Part shown: piece after piece, positions 11,201-20,773 of the stretch | Layout of the letters: each line of letters opens with the position of its first letter | How positions within the stretch are numbered: position 1 is the stretch's first letter | IMG/VR virus record: IMGVR_UViG_3300033145_001721 | Coordinates: 1-64,000 of that record | Direction: 5' to 3' (one strand) | DNA: 64,000 nucleotides | From: a virus | Notes under the pieces: model-generated | What the model saw: the letters and a program-made list of their open reading frames with translations, nothing else | Told to the model about the DNA's origin: nothing | The model's database searches: none | Made by a program: the position numbers and the translations under genes

Positions 11201-11715
11201 TCGTCGTCATTTACAGACGTCCACTCAGAAACAACATTGCCATGCATCATTAAGTTGCCATAAGGTCTAGGTCTTGCAAGACCCTCACGCTTTCTTGTTC
11301 GGGGATTCCAACTATAATTTTCTGACGGATCGTCTCCACCTTGTGTTTCATCATAATCTTGATTGAACAGCATCCCGCCCAAATAAGAAAAAGCAAAAGC
11401 AATTGCCACTTGCACAGCTATAGGCCAAACATAAACTATAGCAGCCCATATGAATGCAAAAAATTCAACATCAGGTAAAAACTCAACTTTACAACCTGGA
11501 CGAACTCTGGTAGTTTTCCAATCGCATTTAGAAATTATTTGCCCATCTAAGCGTATAACCCAATGACCTTCTGGCACGCAACGCTTTTTCAATGTAGATA
11601 ACCGCTCGCGCCTACAAATGTATTCGCCTATATCAGCTTGGGGTGCCTGATCTTTAACTGGGTGTCTCCAGATGTGGATGTAAAAAGTACTACACATGTG
11701 AATAGTATCCTTCAA
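8275..11715 (-). CDS. tail tip / host specificity protein (lambda gpJ-like) with N-terminal gpI-like part and C-terminal His-repeat needle
   Basis: PRPYG..HGNV, GEGP, NRAWVVLD, GDVI; C-terminal HxH repeats; position in tail module. Confidence 0.85.
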   Translation of the reverse strand: MKDTIHMCSTFYIHIWRHPVKDQAPQADIGEYICRRERLSTLKKRCVPEGHWVIRLDGQIISKCDWKTTRVRPGCKVEFLPDVEFFAFIWAAIVYVWPIAVQVAIAFAFSYLGGMLFNQDYDETQGGDDPSENYSWNPRTRKREGLARPRPYGNLMMHGNVVSEWTSVNDDDNEILNLIIDYGEGPVAGAGANIQYLNDQPAGNFADVVTQERLGTMNQTVMEGFEKEKIEYSLNWELTKDGGAQTFTTPNNFFDDLEFTISFPYGLIKYHHDGSETHATVHIKIEMSKRGLNSWSTIYDENITGEQLTAKFVSIKVSELDSEYSFIIERGTQYDVKFTRSTSADDERRTTKSYLKSIREVIDVAFTRPGRILMGVTALATGSLNTSLDVKGVRQGRIVNVYDGMSWSLKYSNNRAWVVLDIVTQPVISGTGESGDPYVIERYEGIPIANIDTAFFYEWAVWCATLVPDGKGGTEERSVCNFNVDTKQNLFSLAYKLAQVGRAKLFWEGTKLSGWLDAEVADADSDLVTWDNIISRSWENVWIGQSEMAGTINVFYRDEDIGYERTSYPYSDEDSGVYTRSIEIEGSGETRWSGTVRIAKFALDRNRLIRNINKFKMHKDAIRHHLGDVICLQAKTPNWGENYRVVSVESNVYTATFDRVVDVAVGDLFYIRAFDSSSGVNDVQVKSYTVASKVGCSVTFEEPLDPIPQKDDVAAASKTDSAVKTRRIIKIAQSVDNYYEITVETYTSALFTDEDSFDPDNPNPDYIWPAPSKRSGLEDVPVTWRNISDLINKQLPPQPNIDIPWISNCEWTSDSGGTTVSWDARTVGEPITFRYRGVTYEITADLSTKEYIYWDPDFTDRFLSTDDLNTAIASGNWVVAILKDNEVHVCSTPMQLLHAGLVLAGTIRAESYAELRQTMAWTGEDSLDANHPYTFDFKLPSETTALISAKLSFKIKDYRAYATGAANDAGMTTSIVAGGSGTTGSGNSLNTSTDSGTQTGGASGSTASGGTPYTQYADGTGSHQHAITTHMHGLNNHIHSVNGHTHNITATHTHSVTVPTHSHTTPMHNHDLNYNIFEESNSVNVDFHIDDGSGFGAQIGSYSGDQLDIDISSYLTVGAAWKAIRFDTDARCRIVALLEVKVDVTA

Positions 11716-12013
11716 TAATTAGAGACCACGGCCATTGTGTCAATCGTCCTTTACGCACAACATAAGTCCCGTTCTTTTCCACCTCTGCATGCACAAAATG
11801 CAAACCATCAGGCCACACAACACCTGCGTGCCAATCGCTACTGACTCTCAATAATACAACAGCACCAACCCTCGGAGAATCAATCTTAACCATATCCGTA
11901 GGTTCAAATGGTTTATGAATACCTTGCAATACTCCCACACACCAAACAGCAAAGTTCCAGCAATTGCCATCCCATACTTTGCCAATTTGATTTTGAATCG
12001 TATTATTCATCAC
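11690..12013 (-). CDS. NlpC/P60 tail assembly protein (gpK-like)
   Basis: NCW, HAGV, FVHA catalytic pattern between gpL-like and gpJ-like genes. Confidence 0.75.
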   Translation of the reverse strand: MMNNTIQNQIGKVWDGNCWNFAVWCVGVLQGIHKPFEPTDMVKIDSPRVGAVVLLRVSSDWHAGVVWPDGLHFVHAEVEKNGTYVVRKGRLTQWPWSLIIEGYYSHV

Positions 12014-12636
12014 AATGTCATTCCATTTGGATCTAATCCTAAATCAGCACCAAAACGTGCTTGATTTCCTTTGGCATAACAATCATCATACGTTCCTGTA
12101 CATTCTGTATCGGCTCCAGCATAACCACATTCAGGCCCCTTGAACAAAGATGGTGTGGCCCAAGGGCAAGACTTGCTAGTGTAGATCCTTTTCGGTACTG
12201 CAACAGTAAGTGGATTTGGAATGCCCAACGTGAACGTCACCCAATCATCGTCCGAAGCTGCCGCCAAAATATCATAATCTGCTTGCAATGCCGGAATGGG
12301 TGTATCCAAAAAGTTTTCACCCACTTTGATAACAGATATAGTACCGTCAATCCCTCCTTGTGTATCATTAATGATATTTTCTATTGCCCGTGACCGATCC
12401 TGTGCAACCCGCAATGTTATTCTGGGAACGCTTCCATCACAAGACCAAATTTGTTCACTGACATCAAAGCTGTGAGCATCATAATCTTGTCCAGCAAATG
12501 TAACATCCTCTGTGTTACGAGCTAGGTACTGGGTATTTTGTGTAGGGATAGCTATTTCGCACAGTACGAGCCAAGCTCCACCACTATATGGGCGAATAGA
12601 GTCTTCGGCTACGTTTGCTGGTAATGTTTTAGGCAT
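12010..12636 (-). CDS. minor tail protein (gpL-like, Fe-S)
   Basis: CPW..FKGPECGY..C..TYDDC..RFG motif. Confidence 0.8.
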   Translation of the reverse strand: MPKTLPANVAEDSIRPYSGGAWLVLCEIAIPTQNTQYLARNTEDVTFAGQDYDAHSFDVSEQIWSCDGSVPRITLRVAQDRSRAIENIINDTQGGIDGTISVIKVGENFLDTPIPALQADYDILAAASDDDWVTFTLGIPNPLTVAVPKRIYTSKSCPWATPSLFKGPECGYAGADTECTGTYDDCYAKGNQARFGADLGLDPNGMTL

Positions 12637-12645
12637 CGTCCAATC

Positions 12646-15021
12646 CTACCAATCCATCAATAACGTATATAACATGCTGAAATGAAATATTACAGGATCT
12701 GCAGTTGGGCTTGCCCCATCATCGGGAGCGACACGCTTTAGCTGCAAACCAATACCATCCCCAGCATCTATGTTTGTCGCAGCAATTGTTCCCAACGTAT
12801 ATTCCATCATTGCATTTGCTTCGGTTGGAATGTTCAAATCGCCGGAATCTATAGTTCCTGTTTGTCCCTCAGATGTGATTATTTCAGTGCCATCTTTCTT
12901 TACTGTACGCCAAGGAATCTCCCATTGTATTTCACCACTTGCAGTGGCATAAGCTTCATCAGTCGCAACACAAATTTTAATTGTCAAATCTTCAGATGTA
13001 TCACAATCATCTGGCACGTCTATTGTGAATATAGAATCGTCACCAATATCATAACTAACACCTTCAAAATACCCCACAATAACTGAATCAGGTCCTTGCG
13101 AACCTAATGACAAATCTTGCGGGACACGACGAATATTTCGAGTATCGCGTGCTGCTGTAGTAATAAGACCATCAGCGTCAATATGCAAAAATCCTGTTTC
13201 GTCTATCTCAACGTCTGTTGGCAAAGTGATCGGATGATCGGCTGTTGAAGCTGGACCAATTAGTTTAATATAGTTGCTACCGTTGTCGCTATCCTCATAA
13301 AGATCGATGTAACCGGCGGATGTGACTCCGTTGCAAACAGCCAAGCCAGCCTGGGCCATCAGGGGCATGGTGGATTCCGGAACAAATTTGGCTTCATTGA
13401 TGAACTTCTCGGCTAACTCGGCACTGGCGAACTCCACCAGTTGCATGTTGGCTATCAGGAAGGTTGGATTCGCCGTGGCGTGTTCATTCCAGAGGCGGCA
13501 ATTGGCCGACGATGTCGTTCCCTCTGTGTGACGGGCAACGCCCCAATATCGTGTCCATCGATCCGTATATGCCCGCATATTCCGGGATCGCAAGACGGTT
13601 GAAGTCGATCTGAACGCAACTGAGAGATATCCTTCGCTCGTGACACTCTTTAAGTCCAAGCTCCAGACGTACCACTTAGCTGTCGTAATCGTATAATTCG
13701 GCCACAATATTACGCCATCATCCACTTCCTGTCCCGCTTGGTCGAACGTTACTGTCATGCAGTTGCCATGAATCGGAGCGGAGTAAGCCGATGAAAATTC
13801 CACCGTGTTATCGTTCGCATCTGTAGGCGTAAATGACGAAATCATTGAACCATTCGTCAATTTATTCGTCTTGGTTCGGTCCAGTGTGGTGGCCATGGGT
13901 CCGGGAGCAATCTGCGAAAACGCAAAGGAACTGGTCAGCCAACGACTGGTATGATACACGTCGTTCAGGGCATAACCTGACGTGTGTGCACTGTAGGGAG
14001 TACCGTGGTTGGCCGTCACGGTATAAGTCGTTCCGCTGTCAGTCTCTAGTGTCCAGTTGTCCACATCAATTGTGCATCCGTCCAGTACCACGCGACAGGC
14101 TCCAGACAGTTTGATACTATGTAAATCCAGGTTCCTCAGAGTCACATTGCGAACTCCAGAAAAGTAAAACTCAAAGGGGGCTGTAGGAGTGCCATCAATC
14201 AAAACGGTTTCCCCGATGCAATTGCCCTCCAGGTGAGTCGAGTCGAAGATCACTGGAAACGACTGGTCGTGCCCTTCCATATAGGTGACGAATCCTACTG
14301 TGTTTTCAATGATTCCTCCCCGCACAAGAATTTCGCCGAGAGCGTTATCGGATCGCAGAGCGGCTATTTTGGCACCTGAGGAATAACAATTGTCTATCAG
14401 GGCACTGGCCGACTGCATCGCCGGAAGTCCCTCGGTATACCAATCGTAGTTATTGTTTATAAGATAACAGTCTCGAAAGCACCATCCAAAGCAACCCAAA
14501 GATGTAAACGCATGTCCACATTCGGAAAAGATGCATTTTTCCACGGTCAGATTTGCGATTCCTCCCGTAGTGGAATTGACCTTGTAGATTCCATGTTTTG
14601 TGTTTGATGCCCCTTGAAATTTAATCCCTGAAACCTTTTGATTGCCGCCCGAACCACTAAGCGTCAAGGCATACTCGCTGGCATTGACCGCTTCCATTAT
14701 CGTTGCACTCGGACCCGCCCCTTCAATACGCACGTACTTGTTTGCCGTGACCGTAGCCAAGTATATTCCCGCAGGCAGTTTGACCGTCCCATAAGGACTG
14801 GTGCCTGCCTTGTCAAAGGCCGCCTGAATTGCATCGGAATCGTCCGTCACACCGTCACCCTTGGCGCCGAAAGCCCACACATTAAAAACAGGCGATTTCT
14901 TACTAACCACATCGGTAGCAAAAAGTATTTCCCGTTCGGGCGGTAATGTGGGAGCATCCGCAGAAACCAAACCACAACACGCAAACATCAAAACAAATGT
15001 ATACACCAAAAACGTTTTCAT
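12646..15021 (-). CDS. pectate-lyase-like beta-helix protein (tailspike/depolymerase-like) with N-terminal signal peptide
   Basis: FNVWAFGAKGDGVTDDSDAIQAA..LPAGIY motif; hydrophobic N-terminus ending VSA. Confidence 0.75.
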   Translation of the reverse strand: MKTFLVYTFVLMFACCGLVSADAPTLPPEREILFATDVVSKKSPVFNVWAFGAKGDGVTDDSDAIQAAFDKAGTSPYGTVKLPAGIYLATVTANKYVRIEGAGPSATIMEAVNASEYALTLSGSGGNQKVSGIKFQGASNTKHGIYKVNSTTGGIANLTVEKCIFSECGHAFTSLGCFGWCFRDCYLINNNYDWYTEGLPAMQSASALIDNCYSSGAKIAALRSDNALGEILVRGGIIENTVGFVTYMEGHDQSFPVIFDSTHLEGNCIGETVLIDGTPTAPFEFYFSGVRNVTLRNLDLHSIKLSGACRVVLDGCTIDVDNWTLETDSGTTYTVTANHGTPYSAHTSGYALNDVYHTSRWLTSSFAFSQIAPGPMATTLDRTKTNKLTNGSMISSFTPTDANDNTVEFSSAYSAPIHGNCMTVTFDQAGQEVDDGVILWPNYTITTAKWYVWSLDLKSVTSEGYLSVAFRSTSTVLRSRNMRAYTDRWTRYWGVARHTEGTTSSANCRLWNEHATANPTFLIANMQLVEFASAELAEKFINEAKFVPESTMPLMAQAGLAVCNGVTSAGYIDLYEDSDNGSNYIKLIGPASTADHPITLPTDVEIDETGFLHIDADGLITTAARDTRNIRRVPQDLSLGSQGPDSVIVGYFEGVSYDIGDDSIFTIDVPDDCDTSEDLTIKICVATDEAYATASGEIQWEIPWRTVKKDGTEIITSEGQTGTIDSGDLNIPTEANAMMEYTLGTIAATNIDAGDGIGLQLKRVAPDDGASPTADPVIFHFSMLYTLLMDW

Positions 15022-15032
15022 CTTGTCAACTC

Positions 15033-15797
15033 CTACAAAAATTGTCCACCGAAAATCAAACCAAAACCAGGCATGTTAGCCGCCGTACCACACATTACGT
15101 TCAATAGCAAAATATCACCCGTACTCAATGTTGTGTAATCAGTATCAAGTAAACTAGACAAATCAACTGAATCCGAAGTAGGTGGTTGATTTGCAGTGTT
15201 GAAAGTTTTGGTCAGTAATGTCTGCCCCCCTTCATTTTTCAAAGACAAAACAACCGTATTAGAATCGTCAATTCCGGCAGGTGTTCCTTGCGTAAATAAA
15301 ATCACGCTATCGATTACAAGACCTGTACTTGCTGCGTAGACGATGCGGTCAGTTATATCTGCTCCTGCCGCAAGATTTTCTACCATTATCATTGCATCGC
15401 CTCCGTAGAATTGATGGGTTAAATATGTAACATCTAATGTGGTGGAGCTAGATTGTCTCAGAGTTTGAGAAATTGTCCAAAGCTCTTTGTTGTCGTTATT
15501 TTGTATGAAAGGGATTGGACGTTCAACAAACACCACTTCGTAAACAGTATTATCCTGTTCATTCAGCCAGTAAAAAGGCAGAGCTTTATTCGCTTGATAA
15601 AACGCCATCCATGTTTCTTTGTCCGTTTCAGAAACATTTCGTCGTCTTTCTTGGAATATGCGAGGATCAAAAGTAAACAACTCATTTATGCAAGGATACC
15701 CACTTGCGAAAGAAGATCGCTGCACGGCATCGTCACTATACTGATCCCCAAACCCTTCTATCTCAGGTTTAGCCGTTAGCGTTGGAAATGTATTCAT
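15033..15797 (-). CDS. distal tail protein (Dit/gpM-like) with C-terminal extension
   Basis: Directly follows tape measure; FY...PFYW motif. Confidence 0.6.
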   Translation of the reverse strand: MNTFPTLTAKPEIEGFGDQYSDDAVQRSSFASGYPCINELFTFDPRIFQERRRNVSETDKETWMAFYQANKALPFYWLNEQDNTVYEVVFVERPIPFIQNNDNKELWTISQTLRQSSSTTLDVTYLTHQFYGGDAMIMVENLAAGADITDRIVYAASTGLVIDSVILFTQGTPAGIDDSNTVVLSLKNEGGQTLLTKTFNTANQPPTSDSVDLSSLLDTDYTTLSTGDILLLNVMCGTAANMPGFGLIFGGQFL

Positions 15798-15809
15798 AAT
15801 TTAACCCAA

Positions 15810-18668
15810 TCAAGTGCTGATCTTATGTGCTCTGCGATATGCACCGTTTGTTCCAGCAGCTGCAATTGTAACATCCAAAATTCTTTGATCCCCCAACATG
15901 TATTTTTCTTCTTTTGTTACCTGCACAGGCTGCCCCGTCTCGTTGATTATATTTACAGTTGTGTTGCCACCTAATGAACCCAACTTTGAGAAGGGTGTAA
16001 TCAATTCAGGTTCATTCTCAGCAAGACTGGCCATTTGTGGACGCCAAGCAACTCCACCTTCAGCATATTGATGATAGCCCCCACTGCCTGCTTGCCCCAT
16101 TCCACCACCTTCACCACCACCCGACATTCCATCTATAATAGCAGATCCAATTTGGGCAAACGCACTCGCTGCCGCTGAAGCCGCCGGTTGAATGAAGGCT
16201 ATGCGAATAGCCTCATAATATACCTCCTCCAATACCTTCTTTACATGCTCGCCCCAATTATCTAAATCGCGAGACATAGATTGCAAGCCGTTGGATATTG
16301 ATTGTTCCATTGACTGGGCAAACTCGTATGCTTTCTCTCCCGCTGTTTTGAAAGACCTTTCGGTTTCCAGTGCGAATGCTTTTAATCCCCCAGCCCACGT
16401 ACCACCTTGTTTCAATTCTTCAATTTCAAGTAAAACCTTTTGCTCTTTTTCGTATGCCCTAATCAGACTCAACACCGCAGCTTCTTCCGTACCAAATTGT
16501 TGGGCGATGGCAGCTGTGTTGGCCTTCCACAATTTCACTTCCTCTTTCAAACGACCATATTGGAAATTGAAATATTCAGCTGACTTATGATTCAATCCGT
16601 TGTACATACGATCCCACGCAGATCGTATAGCTTCCTCTGACATTTCAGTTAATTCGACTATATCGTCAAAAGCTTTTTGCATTTGAGGATAAGCCCCAGC
16701 CCACTTCCAATCACTTTCACTGGGCTGTGTAACAGGACCGATAGGCATACCTCCCATTGACTGCATAGCTTCATCAATAGCTGAAGTTAAATTTGGCATC
16801 GCTTGCTTTACAATATCAACAATGCCCTCAAAATCTTGTGCAAACTGAGCCTTAACAGCCCCCAGCAAATCCCCAAGATGCTCTACTGAAGCTTCCCCAA
16901 AAGCTTTTATGGCTAATGGAATGCTTGCAAACTTTTCATGCACATACAAAGCCGCATCGTCTGCTGCAGGTTTAAGTGAATCGAATGTATGCTCAAATGC
17001 CGATGCCCACTCTGTTTGAGCTTTTGTCAATCCTTCCTTGAATCGTGTTATCATAGTAGCAATATCAGGTGCCGTCCATGCATCTGAAATAGCATCTTTC
17101 ATCTCACGCAAAAACGATCCAGCGCCCATAGCCATAGCAGCAATATCTACTAGAGCATCAACCCAACCTTTTCTGATTGTATCATAGGCATCCATAAAGC
17201 CTTCAACAAAATACCCAAGAAACTTACCGATTGGCGAATCCCATAACCATGCTAATCCAGTCTTGAAAGCTTCTAACCACTCTTCCATACGGTCCTTAAT
17301 GGTGCTCAAATTCTGCTCCCAAGCTGCACGTAATGTATATGCAATACTTGCTAACAATACAGCTGCACCCAACCACCCCATAGCTGCTACATTTAACGAT
17401 GCAAAAACACCCACCAACACTGACCCCGCCTTTACAACTAACGCCATAGCCAATGCTAACGGGCCCAAAGATGCTGCAAGTACAGCAACGATTCCTACAG
17501 TCCGTTGAGTCTCTTCATTCAGATTCAACCAAAAAGTAGTAAATATCTTCACACTCTTTCCCACTTTTAGAATCATTGGCTCCAACGTACTCCCAAAAGA
17601 AGAAGCCACAGCCTTAACATGATTCCAAATAATCCGCAACTGACTACCAAAAGATTCTAACTGCTTGTTGGCTACCTCTTCTGTTGTTCCAGCTGCATTC
17701 CTAAGCTCTTTTTCATATTTTTCAATCGCATCCGCCATACCAAGAAGGGGAAAAATCGTTTGCTGACTTCTAGCTTGGAATCCGAGCATCGTTAATGTTG
17801 CAACTTTTTGTTTGATAGACATCTCACCCAAAACACCAGTAAGATCCCGCACAATAGCTGAAATAGGTTTAAGATTTCCCTGGGCATTATACAACTCGAT
17901 ATTGAAATGAGCCCATGCATCCTGATGGTCTTGAAAACCTTTTGTCATCAAACGTAACATCCGACTAAAAAGTGTACCAGCCTCTTCAGCTTTTCTACCT
18001 TGATCAGCATATGCAGCCAAAACAGCAACGCCCTCTTCAACCTGAACTCCAAATGTCTTCATCGCCGAACCAGCTTCAGAAGTCAACGCTGTTGCAAATT
18101 GACTTGTACTGGCATTAGCCAAAGTGTTTGCCTTCACTAATACATCAGACACCCTAACCATATTGGTCATATTTTGGATAGAATCCTTGACGGTGAGTCC
18201 CAAAGCACTTTGAGCATCTGTAACCAAATCCGTAGCTGTAGAAAGGCTGAACGCACCAGCAGTTGCAAATTTCTGCACAACAGGAAGTGCCGCCAGAGAT
18301 TGTTGTACATCTAAACCAGCACTAGCCAAGAAGAAATACGATTCAGCCAATTGCGTAGCTGACTGCACACCATTCAAAGATAATGACCGAGCCAACGATC
18401 TCAACTTTACATCCATCTCATCAGTCATACCAGCCATAATAGCTGTAGATCGTACCATCGCATCATCAAAAGAGGCAAACGTTTTCGTAGCAGCAGCACC
18501 CAAAGCCAAAAGTGGAACTGTAACTTTCATAGTCATGTTACGACCGAAAGAATTTAACCTTCTCTCAGCCTGAGTCAAACGAGTTTCCACATTTCGCATG
18601 ACCCCGGTCCACTGACCACTTTCAAGCTTTAGATGCACGAGCAAATTGCCCAAGTCCAAACTAAACAT
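15810..18668 (-). CDS. tail tape measure protein (TP901-like)
   Basis: 952 aa, Ala-rich helical; FDDAM, LASAG, G..AEEAGT; C-terminal YAEGG..LAE.EPE. Confidence 0.92.
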   Translation of the reverse strand: MFSLDLGNLLVHLKLESGQWTGVMRNVETRLTQAERRLNSFGRNMTMKVTVPLLALGAAATKTFASFDDAMVRSTAIMAGMTDEMDVKLRSLARSLSLNGVQSATQLAESYFFLASAGLDVQQSLAALPVVQKFATAGAFSLSTATDLVTDAQSALGLTVKDSIQNMTNMVRVSDVLVKANTLANASTSQFATALTSEAGSAMKTFGVQVEEGVAVLAAYADQGRKAEEAGTLFSRMLRLMTKGFQDHQDAWAHFNIELYNAQGNLKPISAIVRDLTGVLGEMSIKQKVATLTMLGFQARSQQTIFPLLGMADAIEKYEKELRNAAGTTEEVANKQLESFGSQLRIIWNHVKAVASSFGSTLEPMILKVGKSVKIFTTFWLNLNEETQRTVGIVAVLAASLGPLALAMALVVKAGSVLVGVFASLNVAAMGWLGAAVLLASIAYTLRAAWEQNLSTIKDRMEEWLEAFKTGLAWLWDSPIGKFLGYFVEGFMDAYDTIRKGWVDALVDIAAMAMGAGSFLREMKDAISDAWTAPDIATMITRFKEGLTKAQTEWASAFEHTFDSLKPAADDAALYVHEKFASIPLAIKAFGEASVEHLGDLLGAVKAQFAQDFEGIVDIVKQAMPNLTSAIDEAMQSMGGMPIGPVTQPSESDWKWAGAYPQMQKAFDDIVELTEMSEEAIRSAWDRMYNGLNHKSAEYFNFQYGRLKEEVKLWKANTAAIAQQFGTEEAAVLSLIRAYEKEQKVLLEIEELKQGGTWAGGLKAFALETERSFKTAGEKAYEFAQSMEQSISNGLQSMSRDLDNWGEHVKKVLEEVYYEAIRIAFIQPAASAAASAFAQIGSAIIDGMSGGGEGGGMGQAGSGGYHQYAEGGVAWRPQMASLAENEPELITPFSKLGSLGGNTTVNIINETGQPVQVTKEEKYMLGDQRILDVTIAAAGTNGAYRRAHKIST

Positions 18669-19005
18669 GCTTGTTCCTCGTTTTAGATGTTTGTTTCATG
18701 CTGCTGGAAGACAAAAGGAAATAACGCCAGTACGCTTTCATACGATTAATGCTTTGCTCCTTTTCTGCAGGTGTAAGATGCTTAGGTTTCTTTTTTCCAT
18801 GTATCAAAAAAGATTCCAGCTTGATTTGTTTTGGATCCTTTGCATGTGTCTTTACGATATACATAGCAATCTGAGCCAAATACGTCTCTTGCACTTGTTC
18901 CCTACAGGTTTTTGCTTCTACCCTTTCATCCTCTTCTTTGAAAATGATTCTCCATTTGTAAAACTCTGTAGCTGTTGTCTCTTGTTGGCACCTTTGTTTT
19001 GACAT
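18661..19005 (-). CDS. tail assembly chaperone, frameshifted C-terminal part (gpT-like)
   Basis: In the -1 frame of 19050..19418 and open from the slippery site. Confidence 0.8.
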   Translation of the reverse strand: MSKQRCQQETTATEFYKWRIIFKEEDERVEAKTCREQVQETYLAQIAMYIVKTHAKDPKQIKLESFLIHGKKKPKHLTPAEKEQSINRMKAYWRYFLLSSSSMKQTSKTRNKHV

Positions 19006-19049
19006 ATGTAATCGGGTAGCGAGTCGGTACCAACTACGCTCCCGAACCG

Positions 19050-19418
19050 TCAGTTTCCCTCAGTCTCATCTTCCTCGTCAAGCTTGTTGAGCTTTTGTGC
19101 AATTTCAAACAATTCCTTTTGAACCTTATGCGGAAACTTACCGATCTCCGGTACACTTACTTTCACCCCATCTGCTTTGAACAAACAGACAGATAGCAAC
19201 GAACTGTACATACCCTTATAACTCTTGATAGACTTCACCCGCACTTTGCCATTCTCATCCACCTCAACATCCAATCTGTCTCGATTGGATTCGAGATAGC
19301 CTTCCAAATCATCCCCAGACATTTCCCGCAAGATGAATGTTTCTTCTTGTCCCGCCACATTGATGAGAACGACGCGTTGCTCTTTCAGTTTCAAACTTAG
19401 CTTGATCGGATCATTCAT
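19050..19418 (-). CDS. tail assembly chaperone (gpG-like)
   Basis: Upstream of tape measure; ends GAG GGA AAC TGA. Confidence 0.8.
   Translation of the reverse strand: MNDPIKLSLKLKEQRVVLINVAGQEETFILREMSGDDLEGYLESNRDRLDVEVDENGKVRVKSIKSYKGMYSSLLSVCLFKADGVKVSVPEIGKFPHKVQKELFEIAQKLNKLDEEDETEGN
19053..19059 (-). other. -1 programmed ribosomal frameshift slippery site GGGAAAC
   Basis: The -1 frame reads GKLTVRERSWYRLATRLHMSKQR into 18661..19005 with no stop. Confidence 0.85.
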
Positions 19419-19449
19419 TTTGCTAACCTTTCCATTTTTGTGTATGCCG

Positions 19450-19938
19450 CTATTTCAATGAAGCCAACAACTTCACCGATAGAATATCTCTTTGCTTTGA
19501 ATCTACACTTTCGTGCTCAATACCATTCATCGTACTAACATTCAAAATCGTGTAGACCCTTCCATTAACCGTAGCGTATTGATTAGTGATTTGAGCGAAC
19601 GTATAAATCACAGCAGACAATTTAGCCCAAGCAGCTAAATACGATGCTCCTCTAACATGCAACAAAACACCGTAGCGTTGATACTCCTCACCGTTCATAT
19701 CTTTACATTGGTAATCCCCTTCAACATCAAAAACAGCGGCAGCAGAATCCTCAACACTATTATGATCAGGCAAATTGCCAGTGAACAGGGGCCAATCGCC
19801 AGCCACTTCAGGCTTTGTAAAAAGCTCCAACGTAGTTGTCAGATACTCAGCCAAAACATCTGCTGCTGATCCTACTGTATCAATCAAGGCTGACATCGAG
19901 ATCACCAATAGCAAAACTTGCTGTATCCCCGTCACCAA
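19450..19938 (-). CDS. tail terminator/completion-like protein (stand-alone copy)
   Basis: Similar to the C-terminal ~140 aa of 20774..23098 (WPLFTGNLPD vs WPIFTGRFPD, HVRG vs RVRG); start likely at MSALID. Confidence 0.6.
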   Translation of the reverse strand: MVTGIQQVLLLVISMSALIDTVGSAADVLAEYLTTTLELFTKPEVAGDWPLFTGNLPDHNSVEDSAAAVFDVEGDYQCKDMNGEEYQRYGVLLHVRGASYLAAWAKLSAVIYTFAQITNQYATVNGRVYTILNVSTMNGIEHESVDSKQRDILSVKLLASLK

Positions 19939-20275
19939 TAGTTTTGGATGCTGTCAAAGTGCCATATGCCAACATTTGCCCGTCAGTTTCAGCATTGAAA
20001 AGCGCAAAGTGCGTCACCTCACCCCAATCCCCCGACGCTTCCGCAAAATCAATAGCCGCAGCATTGGCTAAAGCACCAACAGCTGCAGCATCCCAATCTG
20101 ATCCTGACGTTTCTACACGCACATACCCATTGCCACTGGGCTCAGCCAACCCACCACCACTTTCTGCTGGATCGGCAGTAGACAAACCTACCCAAATCGT
20201 AGGTGGATTGTAAACACCTTTCCCAAACAAATGATCCAGAATCTCGTTTTCCCAGTAGTTTGAAAAACTTCCCAT
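19880..20275 (-). CDS. virion structural protein (fibre/spike-base-like)
   Basis: MGSFSNYWENEILDH..VGLSTADP..GYVR..WGEVTHFALF pattern common in phage structural modules. Confidence 0.65.
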   Translation of the reverse strand: MGSFSNYWENEILDHLFGKGVYNPPTIWVGLSTADPAESGGGLAEPSGNGYVRVETSGSDWDAAAVGALANAAAIDFAEASGDWGEVTHFALFNAETDGQMLAYGTLTASKTIGDGDTASFAIGDLDVSLD

Positions 20276-20332
20276 TTGACTATCCTTTCATTTCTGTTCA
20301 ATGCCTATTGCAGCAAACAGATCATTCAATCA

Positions 20333-20761
20333 TTATCCCAATACAGGTGCAATCTCATCGCCACTGTCATCTTGATTGCTAACCTCAATCGTAACCGTAG
20401 CCGAAGGCGGACTTCCTTCAACAATTTCATTCGGCATGAACTTGTCGATCCATCCCCAAAAAGTCCAGGTTTGCTCATCCGGGAAGGTAAGCAAAATAGA
20501 CTGGTTGGTGTTGATCATGTCCAAAATACCTTCGATAAAAGCCGGATCGTAATGGCATGTCAATTGCGATCCTGACAAACTCTTGAGCGTCTTTGGCTGT
20601 TGTGTCCTCCATGCTGTATTTCGCATGTTTGTTGTATCGTTCGGGCCACCCCCATCTACACCAGGAGGAGTGACAGCTTGCTCTTCAAAATACAAGGCCA
20701 CACCCGAATCAGCTTCTGAAAACGTCATCGTTGTTGGAAATCCTTCTGTCATAATACTCAT
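20333..20761 (-). CDS. major tail tube protein
   Basis: VTPPGVDGG..DTT..P.TL; ILLTFPD..TWTFWGWI; position. Confidence 0.75.
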   Translation of the reverse strand: MSIMTEGFPTTMTFSEADSGVALYFEEQAVTPPGVDGGGPNDTTNMRNTAWRTQQPKTLKSLSGSQLTCHYDPAFIEGILDMINTNQSILLTFPDEQTWTFWGWIDKFMPNEIVEGSPPSATVTIEVSNQDDSGDEIAPVLG

Positions 20762-20773
20762 AATTCATACTCC

